Origin: Minisyncoccota bacterium
GTDB lineage: Bacteria; Patescibacteriota; Minisyncoccia; Phycocordibacterales; PALSA-1337
Direction of reading: 5' to 3'
Assembly (NCBI GenBank): GCA_041665385.1
Contig: JBAYIX010000001.1
Location: 47,865-111,864 of the forward strand
DNA: 64,000 nucleotides
Shown: in pieces, positions 57,067-64,000 of the stretch
How positions within the stretch are numbered: the stretch's first letter is position 1
Layout: each line of letters begins with the position of its first letter
Notes under the pieces: generated by a model
What the model was told of the DNA's origin: nothing
Database searches by the model: none
What the model saw: only the letters and a program-made list of their open reading frames with translations
Position numbers and translations under genes: made by a program

Positions 57067-57204
57067 TTAGGAGACGGACACTTTCTTGCGTCCGCGAGCA
57101 CGCCTTCTAGCCACTATTTTGCGGCCTCCAGGACTCTTCATCCTCATGCGAAATCCGTGCGCCTTGGCACGCTTCCTCTTGTTTGGGTGGTAAGTGAATG
57201 ACAT
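57067..57204 (-). CDS. rpmH: 50S ribosomal protein L34
   Basis: Not in ORF track (45 aa): [45 protein letters not shown]. Confidence 0.96.
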   Translation of the reverse strand: MSFTYHPNKRKRAKAHGFRMRMKSPGGRKIVARRRARGRKKVSVS

Positions 57205-57247
57205 GATTGATGAAGTATTGCATGGTTTTATTTTATTGGCAAGTTTT

Positions 57248-57365
57248 TGCCTCCCGAGCCGGCAGTGTGCTCCTTTTGTTCCTTTTGAAATAGTTGTGCA
57301 GGGTTCGAGTAATCATAAAAGCTCACAAAAGGAACAAAAGGAGCACACTGCCGGCTCGGGAGGCA
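57248..57365. repeat. Long perfect inverted repeat IR4 (40-bp arms, 38-nt spacer)
   Basis: 57248-57287 is the exact reverse complement of 57326-57365. Confidence 0.97.
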
Positions 57366-57387
57366 CCAACTCACAACACAAAAAATG

Positions 57388-57426
57388 TTCTCCACAGCTT
57401 ATCAACATATTTACAGCTCATCCACA
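57388..57426 (+). promoter_or_regulatory. Three DnaA-box-like 9-mers upstream of dnaA
   Basis: ttctccaca 57388, ttatcaaca 57399, tcatccaca 57418; each one mismatch from TTATCCACA. Confidence 0.7.
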
Positions 57427-57465
57427 AGTTCCCATATTTATAAACAGGTATATACTGTAAAAACG

Positions 57466-58812
57466 ATGAATGATTTTTCTCAAATCTGGCAGACAGCTCT
57501 GATAGAGATGCAATCTATAGTTTCTCCTGCAAATTATTCCACCTGGGTAAAGTCTACTAGGATCATCCGTGAAGAAGAGGGTGTCATATATCTCGGCGTA
57601 CCCAACGAATTTACCCGCGAATGGCTATTCAAGAAGTGTCACAACTCCATTTTGCGCATATTGAGACAACTCAATGAACATGTCCGGGCTTTGGAGTACA
57701 TAGTTCTAAAGGAGGAGGAAGAAAAACAAGACCAGCTCAGGAAAAAGGCATTTATGGCCCCTACTATCTCCATGCCTTTGCAAGATTTCTACATAAACAA
57801 AGAAGATAATCTCAATCCCCGCTACACCTTCGACAACTTTATCATCGGACCCTTCAACGACTTGGCTCACGCAGCCTCTTCTATGGTGGTAAAGAGTCCT
57901 GGTCATGTCTATAACCCACTATTCATATACGGTGGAACTGGCCGTGGCAAAACACACCTCATACAGGCAGTAGGGAACAAGATCAAAAGCCTTTTTCCAA
58001 ATAAAAAAGTCTTTTATTTGACTGCGGAGCGTTTCGGCTCTGAGTTTTTCGAATCCTTACAAAACAGCACGGCTCAACAATTCAAGGAAAGGTATCGCAA
58101 ATACGATGTCCTCATAATGGACGATGTCCAATTCTTCTCTAGCAAAGAAAAGTTCCAAGAAGAACTGTTCCACCTATTCAATACATTCCACGATACGGCC
58201 CGCCAGTTGGTATTTTCTTCCGACAAGCACCCGAATGTCATCCCAAACCTCGAGGATCGTATACGTGGCCGCTTTGCCGCAGGGATGATCGTAGATATAG
58301 CTGAACTCGACAAGGAATCCCGCATGGCAATAGTCAAAACCAAATGTAAACCTCACAATATCACTCTTACAGAAGAAATCGTCGATTATCTGGCGACAGA
58401 AATCGAAGATAATATCCGGGAGATAGAAGGGATAGTGAATATTATTGCTCACCAAACAATGCACAAGTCGCGCGAACTCAATATAAACGAAATAAAAAAC
58501 ATCCTGAAAAACAACGCAAAACCAAAAAAGATGCTGTCTGTAAAGGATGTAGTAAAAACGGTTTGTGACTTTTACAATATAGAAGAGGAGAGTATATACA
58601 ACAAAACCCGCAGAAAAGAAGTAGTGAAACCCCGACAAGTCGTCATGTATATACTCCGAGAAGATTTCAACATCTCTTTTCCTTCCATTGGAGACAAACT
58701 CGGGGGGAGGGATCATACTACCGTTATTCATTCCTATGAAAAAGTAAAGGAAGATATAAAAACAAACTCTGTTTTGTCGCAGGAGATACTTCAGCTCCGG
58801 ACTATGTTATAA
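57466..58812 (+). CDS. dnaA: Chromosomal replication initiator DnaA
   Basis: LNPRYTFDNF, YNPLFIYGGTGRGKTHL, MDDVQF, RDHTTVIH; start moved to 57466. Confidence 0.97.
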   Translation: MNDFSQIWQTALIEMQSIVSPANYSTWVKSTRIIREEEGVIYLGVPNEFTREWLFKKCHNSILRILRQLNEHVRALEYIVLKEEEEKQDQLRKKAFMAPTISMPLQDFYINKEDNLNPRYTFDNFIIGPFNDLAHAASSMVVKSPGHVYNPLFIYGGTGRGKTHLIQAVGNKIKSLFPNKKVFYLTAERFGSEFFESLQNSTAQQFKERYRKYDVLIMDDVQFFSSKEKFQEELFHLFNTFHDTARQLVFSSDKHPNVIPNLEDRIRGRFAAGMIVDIAELDKESRMAIVKTKCKPHNITLTEEIVDYLATEIEDNIREIEGIVNIIAHQTMHKSRELNINEIKNILKNNAKPKKMLSVKDVVKTVCDFYNIEEESIYNKTRRKEVVKPRQVVMYILREDFNISFPSIGDKLGGRDHTTVIHSYEKVKEDIKTNSVLSQEILQLRTML

Positions 58813-59055
58813 CTGTGAATATCCTTGTTGATAGTTTGTGAATAAGTACCAGAAACCTGGTGATAAAATAAGTACAAAAACCCAAAAATAAAATTACCGA
58901 TACTAATATACACCTTATGAACAAAACAAAATGGAATAAAAAAACCAAAAGACAAGCAAGTAAAAGGTTTATAAACTTTTCAACTTATCCACAGGACTAA
59001 TAATAACTATGGAGTTTTATATAAAAAAATAACTTATTAATTATTACGAACTAAC
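58813..59055. other. Probable oriC region (dnaA-dnaN intergenic)
   Basis: DnaA boxes tgtgaataa 58838 and ttatccaca 58985, near-boxes at 58814 and 58826, AT-rich stretch ~58995-59045. Confidence 0.75.
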
Positions 59056-60165
59056 ATGAAAACTGAGCTGAGATTCCAAGAGCTAAGGAAAGCGGTTGCT
59101 ATGACCGAGAGGGTTGCTGGTAAGCATATGACTCTACCAGTCTTATCTTGTCTTCTTTTTGAAATAAAGAAAAACTCTTTGGTGATCAAGGCAACAAATT
59201 TGGATATCGGGGTGGAGGTACATGTTGCCGCAAAATCTGAAGCAGAAGAAACCGTGGCTGTGCCAGCAGCTGTCCTGAGCTCTTTTCTCGGCCAGATAGC
59301 AGAATATGACGGTGTGGCAAGTTTAGAAATATCCTCGGGCAATATGATAATTCAGGCGGCAAAGTCGAGGGGTGTAATAAAAACAGTTCCTCATGAGGAT
59401 TTCCCCAGTATACCAGTAGTCACAGAAGGACAAGAGATCATTATGTCCGCGGATATTTTGATAAAAGGCCTCAAGGCGGTGTGGTATAGCGCCTCACTCT
59501 CTAGTGTAAAACCGGAATTATCTAGTGTGTATATGTACACTATGAATAATGAGCTTGTGTTTGTTGCTACAGATTCTTTCCGCTTGGCAGAAAAGAGAGT
59601 TCGAACTGACGAAAAGGCAAATATCAAGGAGATTCTCATACCATTTAAAAATATAGCCGATATGACGAGGATATTAGAGACATTGAAAGATAAAGCCTCA
59701 GTATATGTGAGTAAAAATATGATCTCATTTGAAGTAAAAAACAAACTGAGGGTTGTGTCTCGCGTCATAGATGGAATCTTTCCAGACTATAAACAAATAA
59801 TCCCCAAGGGGTATGTGACAGAAGTGGTGGTGCTAAAGCAAGATTTGCTAAATGCCCTAAAAATATCAAATGTTTTCTCTGACAAGTTCAACCAGGTTCA
59901 TTTTACTCTAGATCCGAAGGGTAAATTGTTTGAAATACAGACAAAAAACAGCGATATAGGCGAAAATAAAACAGCGATTGATGCCGCAATAACTGGAGAA
60001 AAGATTGAGATAAATTTCAATTACAAGTATATAGTAGACTGCTTCCAGTCTATAGATGCTGATAGTATGACTCTACAACTTTCCGGCATGAATAGACCAA
60101 TGGTCATAAGGCCTGTTTCTGGCGATCAGAGCTTCATGTATCTGGTGATGCCAATGAATAGGTAA
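59056..60165 (+). CDS. dnaN: DNA polymerase III beta clamp
   Basis: ATNLD, VATDSFRLAE, GIFPDYKQIIP, YLVMPM. Confidence 0.96.
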   Translation: MKTELRFQELRKAVAMTERVAGKHMTLPVLSCLLFEIKKNSLVIKATNLDIGVEVHVAAKSEAEETVAVPAAVLSSFLGQIAEYDGVASLEISSGNMIIQAAKSRGVIKTVPHEDFPSIPVVTEGQEIIMSADILIKGLKAVWYSASLSSVKPELSSVYMYTMNNELVFVATDSFRLAEKRVRTDEKANIKEILIPFKNIADMTRILETLKDKASVYVSKNMISFEVKNKLRVVSRVIDGIFPDYKQIIPKGYVTEVVVLKQDLLNALKISNVFSDKFNQVHFTLDPKGKLFEIQTKNSDIGENKTAIDAAITGEKIEINFNYKYIVDCFQSIDADSMTLQLSGMNRPMVIRPVSGDQSFMYLVMPMNR

Positions 60166-60169
60166 CATA

Positions 60170-60430
60170 ATGTTCAATATTAGCCAATTTCTAAAGAGGG
60201 CCACTGGTAAACAGGGTAGGGAGCTCTATTTCCGTAAATCCATTCAAGATCTTTTGAAAGAAAGGTTTGATCTTGAGGTGCCCTTCGAGATGATATCCTT
60301 GAAGTCTGGCACGATCTATATAAAAAATATTCCCCAATCTGCTCGAACTTCTATTTTTATAAAAAAGACAGCTATACTTCAGGAGATAAATAGAATCCAA
60401 GATATATATGTAATACTAGACGTAAGATAA
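60170..60430 (+). CDS. Small hypothetical protein, possibly DciA/DUF721-like
   Basis: Follows dnaN; length and pattern (GTIYIK, IFIKKTAILQEIN) resemble DUF721. The family call is inference. Confidence 0.5.
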   Translation: MFNISQFLKRATGKQGRELYFRKSIQDLLKERFDLEVPFEMISLKSGTIYIKNIPQSARTSIFIKKTAILQEINRIQDIYVILDVR

Positions 60431-60521
60431 TAGGAATTATCCACAGTTTTATTTTGTTGCAAAATTGTCCATGCTTTGTTACAAATGAAGCACCAAATTA
60501 TAAGAGATTAATTTTTGAGTT

Positions 60522-60782
60522 ATGCCGACTAAAACTCAGTCAAAAAAAATCAATACAACTCGCCAAACAAAGCCGAGTTCTGAGAAGGAAGAGGAAGAGA
60601 TTGTAATCACAAAAAAATCTAGTACGAAACCAATCGAGATAGAAGAAACCGATATTATAATAGCTGAAGTAGAAAAACCGGTTGATGATGTGGTTACCGA
60701 GGATGGTGAAGTGGAGGAAGTAGAAGAAGCAGGTCTCAATGAAGAGGACCTTGATCCGTTCGGTGACAAATGGGAACAATAA
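60522..60782 (+). CDS. Small acidic hypothetical protein
   Basis: Glu-rich ORF ending DPFGDKWEQ. Confidence 0.6.
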   Translation: MPTKTQSKKINTTRQTKPSSEKEEEEIVITKKSSTKPIEIEETDIIIAEVEKPVDDVVTEDGEVEEVEEAGLNEEDLDPFGDKWEQ

Positions 60783-60807
60783 ATAAACTCTGATATACTG
60801 GGGTTTC

Positions 60808-63333
60808 ATGAGTCGTCGCCATTCTAATATAAAGGTAATAAAAGGCTTTATCCTCCTTTCTATGTCTGGAGTTTTTTTGGTGGTCGGTGGATCTGCTTTG
60901 TGGGTCGCTACACTAAAGATGCCCGACCTCAATGCTTTTGAGAATAGAAAGGTCTCTCAATCAACAAAAATTTTTGATCGTACCGGAAGTGTACTTCTCT
61001 ATGACCTTAATACAGATGTAAAAAGAACCATAGTTAGTCTCGCGAGTACCTCACCTCTGGTGCAAAAGGCAACTATCGCCATCGAAGATGCGGAGTTTTA
61101 TACACATATGGGCATACGGCCAACTGCCATTATCCGTGCGGTTCTCGCCGACATACTCGCTGGAGATAAGACTCAGGGCGGCTCTACCATAACTCAACAA
61201 GTAGTAAAAAACTCTCTTTTAACAAAAGACAAAACAGTCACCAGAAAAATAAAAGAGTGGGTGCTCGCCATAAAGTTGGAGAAAATAATGACCAAAAACC
61301 AGATATTGGAAACATATCTGAATGAGGTTCCTTATGGTGGCACAATATACGGTATAGAAGAAGCCAGCCAAGCCTTTTTTGGCAAGCCGGCTACAAGCTT
61401 GACCTTGGCGGAGGCGGCATATCTTGCGGCGGTGCCGCAGGCACCTACTTACTATTCACCCTATGGCACACATAGGGACGCTTTGGATGCACGCAAAAAT
61501 CTGGTGCTTTCGAGAATGAAATCTCTAAATATGATAACAAAGGAAGAATATCAAGTCGCATCGGAGGAAAAAGTTCAATTCCTTTCCAAAAACAATGCCG
61601 GCATAAAGGCTCCACACTTTGTCATGATGGTTCGCGATTATTTGTCCCAAAAATACGGCGACGAGGCGGTGAATGAAGGTCTAAAAGTTATCACTACGCT
61701 CGATTTCGAAATGCAAAAGAAAGCCGAAGCTGTCGTGGATAAATTTGCACCTTCTCTCGCAACAAACTTTAATGCTAGTAATACTGCAATTGTTGCAATC
61801 GATCCCAAAACAGGGGATATATTGACCCTGGTAGGATCTAGAGATTATTTTAGCCAAGATATAGATGGCAATTATAATATTGCTCTGGCATTACGTCAGC
61901 CAGGCTCCACATTCAAACCTTTCGTCTACGCGACGGCTTTCAAACAAGGCTATACTCCAAATACAGTACTTTTCGATGTGCCGACACAGTTTTCCACACA
62001 GTGTGCCCCTGACGGAAAGCCCAACAATCCTACGGCAGATCCCAAAAAAGTTTGTTATTCTCCTCAGGAATTTGATGATTTGTATCCTGGACCCATGATC
62101 ATGCGTTTTGCTCTGGCTCAGTCACGCAATATTCCTGCGGTCAAAACCCTCTATCTCTCTGGGGTGGCAGAATCTATGCAGACAGCGGAAGACCTCGGCA
62201 TAACAACTCTCACTGACCCAAATCGCTACGGACTCACACTCGTTCTCGGTGGCGGTGAAGTCAGATTACTCGACTTGGTCAGTGCCTACGGTGTATTTGC
62301 GAATGATGGAGTGCGCAATACGCATCGTTCTGTGTTGGAAGTTTATGACAATGAAGGTAATGTCCTCGAAAAAGTATCAACCAATCCCAAAGAAGCCATA
62401 GAGCCGGAGATAGCCAGACAAATATCCGACATACTATCTGATACTAGTGTGCGTATGAATAGTCTCAAACCTATAGCAGAGGGTGTCGGCAGGCCCGTCG
62501 CCATAAAGACAGGTACGACGAACGATTATCGCGATGTTTGGACTGTCGGTTATACTCCGAACCTGGTAGTCGGTGCATGGGCAGGGAACAGTGACAATAC
62601 TCCGATGGAGCACAACGTAGCTGGTCTCATAATATCTCCTTTGTGGGGGGCGTTCATGTCACAAGCAGTAAAGGAACTGCCAAAGGAAAATTTCAAACCG
62701 CCTCCACCAGAGACGAACGAGAGCAAGCCAAGCCTCCACGGAATATGGGAAGGAGGTGTGTCCTATTGGAAAGATAGTGTTTCGGGCAAGCTAGCCACGG
62801 AATATACGCCTCCGGAAGCAAAAAAAGAAGTTGTCTTCAATAGTGTCCATACCATTCTGCATTGGCTGGACAAGAAAAATCCCACCGGCCCAGCACCTCT
62901 GCGTCCACAAGACGATTCCCAATATGCAAACTGGGAGTTCGCTGTGAGAAAGTGGTTCGTAGAATACCAAAAACTAAACCCAAGCTTTATCGAACAGACA
63001 AAGATAGAGATACCGAAAGAGAAAGATGATGTGCATACTCCGGAAAAATCTCCAAAAGTCACCATAGTTTCACCTCCGGACAATTCCCTCATCAATCCTC
63101 AGGGTCAATTAACAGTACAACTGACTTCGACAGGAGGCTTTCCGGCGCAAAAAACTGAGGTTTATGTGAATGGAAAGTATGTGATGACAGCTACGAGCAA
63201 TCCTCTCAATTTCTCCTTTATTCCTGCGGATGTGGGGAATCTGACTTCAAATAATACATTGTCAGTAATACTGTATGATAGTGTTTTGAATAAGGCACAA
63301 GCAGTCGCAAACTTTACTGTAAGTACTCAATAA
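60808..63333 (+). CDS. Class A penicillin-binding protein (PBP1A family)
   Basis: AIEDAEF, GGSTITQQ, RKIKE, SxxK (GSTFKP), SRN and KTG motifs. Confidence 0.94.
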   Translation: MSRRHSNIKVIKGFILLSMSGVFLVVGGSALWVATLKMPDLNAFENRKVSQSTKIFDRTGSVLLYDLNTDVKRTIVSLASTSPLVQKATIAIEDAEFYTHMGIRPTAIIRAVLADILAGDKTQGGSTITQQVVKNSLLTKDKTVTRKIKEWVLAIKLEKIMTKNQILETYLNEVPYGGTIYGIEEASQAFFGKPATSLTLAEAAYLAAVPQAPTYYSPYGTHRDALDARKNLVLSRMKSLNMITKEEYQVASEEKVQFLSKNNAGIKAPHFVMMVRDYLSQKYGDEAVNEGLKVITTLDFEMQKKAEAVVDKFAPSLATNFNASNTAIVAIDPKTGDILTLVGSRDYFSQDIDGNYNIALALRQPGSTFKPFVYATAFKQGYTPNTVLFDVPTQFSTQCAPDGKPNNPTADPKKVCYSPQEFDDLYPGPMIMRFALAQSRNIPAVKTLYLSGVAESMQTAEDLGITTLTDPNRYGLTLVLGGGEVRLLDLVSAYGVFANDGVRNTHRSVLEVYDNEGNVLEKVSTNPKEAIEPEIARQISDILSDTSVRMNSLKPIAEGVGRPVAIKTGTTNDYRDVWTVGYTPNLVVGAWAGNSDNTPMEHNVAGLIISPLWGAFMSQAVKELPKENFKPPPPETNESKPSLHGIWEGGVSYWKDSVSGKLATEYTPPEAKKEVVFNSVHTILHWLDKKNPTGPAPLRPQDDSQYANWEFAVRKWFVEYQKLNPSFIEQTKIEIPKEKDDVHTPEKSPKVTIVSPPDNSLINPQGQLTVQLTSTGGFPAQKTEVYVNGKYVMTATSNPLNFSFIPADVGNLTSNNTLSVILYDSVLNKAQAVANFTVSTQ

Positions 63334-63339
63334 TTACGA

Positions 63340-63450
63340 GCAAGCAATGAGCAAAACTTCCTTTTTGTCGGATTTGAGAAGTTGTGCAATGTCCGGGTAA
63401 TCATAAGAGCTCGCAAATCCGACAAAAAGGAAGTTTTGCTCATTGCTTGC
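63340..63450. repeat. Long perfect inverted repeat IR5 (37-bp arms, 37-nt spacer)
   Basis: 63340-63376 is the exact reverse complement of 63414-63450; the right arm contains the ruvC stop. Confidence 0.97.
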
Positions 63451-63940
63451 GTGCACTACAGGTGAGTGCTACAGCGATGGCGTCGTATTCATCATCATGA
63501 GTCTTTTTTACAGGTAACTTTACCAGAAGATTCACCATCTTTGTCACTCGTGCTTTGTCGCTCGTACCATCACCGGTTATTGCCATCTTGATCTCCATGG
63601 GAGAGTATTCAAAAACCGGAATATTCTTCTTGAATGCTTCGTACATGATGATGCCACGTGCTTCCGAAACGCGCATTGCTGTTTTTTGGTTCTTGGTTAT
63701 AAATAGATTTTCTATGCCGACCTTGTCGGGTGCATACAGCTCTAAAACCCGCGCTATTTCCTGACCGATACATAAAAGGCGGAAGTGAATAGCATCTTTG
63801 GGGGAAGTGCTGAAGCAGTCTGAATATAAAACCCTTTCCTTGCCGGCAGTATCCCTGTCTACGACAGCTATGCCTAGTCGATCATAACCCGGATCTATGC
63901 CGAGTATGCGGGTATGGCTCGGACGAGCGTCACTCGGCAT
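63440..63940 (-). CDS. ruvC: Holliday junction resolvase RuvC
   Basis: ILGIDPG, GIENLF, EARG, DDEYDAIAVA; start moved to 63940. Confidence 0.93.
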   Translation of the reverse strand: MPSDARPSHTRILGIDPGYDRLGIAVVDRDTAGKERVLYSDCFSTSPKDAIHFRLLCIGQEIARVLELYAPDKVGIENLFITKNQKTAMRVSEARGIIMYEAFKKNIPVFEYSPMEIKMAITGDGTSDKARVTKMVNLLVKLPVKKTHDDEYDAIAVALTCSARKQ

Positions 63941-64000
63941 TTGTATAGACTTCCTGGACATCATCATTTGCTTCAAGTTCCTCGACGAGTTTGGTGAGTT
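63930..64000 (-). CDS. 3' end of a YebC/PmpR family protein (partial)
   Basis: Manual translation ...LTKLVEELEANDDVQEVYTNAE*, a typical YebC C-terminus; usual yebC-ruvC order. Confidence 0.8.
   Translation of the reverse strand, partial: LTKLVEELEANDDVQEVYTNAE

Noticed and set aside
14363-63450. The long palindromes as a CRISPR array, ordinary terminators or IS ends
   Set aside because: They are dispersed, with no repeat-spacer periodicity and no cas genes; stems are far longer than terminators and have conserved spacers; no enclosed transposase or obvious TSD.

Overview
Chromosomal, origin-proximal window of a small-genome bacterium. Gene content and protein style point to Patescibacteria/CPR, most likely Parcubacteria (inference). 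It carries housekeeping genes (recJ, pgk, tpiA, nusA, tig, clpP, rny, HU, cca, xth, pnp, pcrA, rsmA, yidC-rnpA-rpmH-dnaA-dnaN with flanking DnaA boxes, PBP1A, ruvC), four tRNAs, a type IV pilus cluster, a relaxase-less VirB4/VirB6/PrgI cluster and an H+-PPase. The main discovery is a complete diversity-generating retroelement (DGR) between nusA and hppA, with RT, avd, TR (17155-17255) and VR (17647-17759); all 20 TR/VR substitutions fall at TR adenines. It has three unusual features. (i) avd is inverted and overlaps the RT start head-to-head. (ii) A perfect (GTCA)13 microsatellite sits between the only ATG of avd and its conserved domain, suggesting a phase-variable ON/OFF switch for hypermutation. 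(iii) VR holds a 12-nt TR segment twice, each copy independently A-mutated, so the target also varies in length. A second unexplained signal is five intergenic perfect 37-40 bp palindromes whose arms differ between copies while the central spacers of four of them are conserved in pairs. Also seen: four parS-like sites inside cca and a ~450-nt structured non-coding region. All alignments and counts were done by eye; no database searches were possible.
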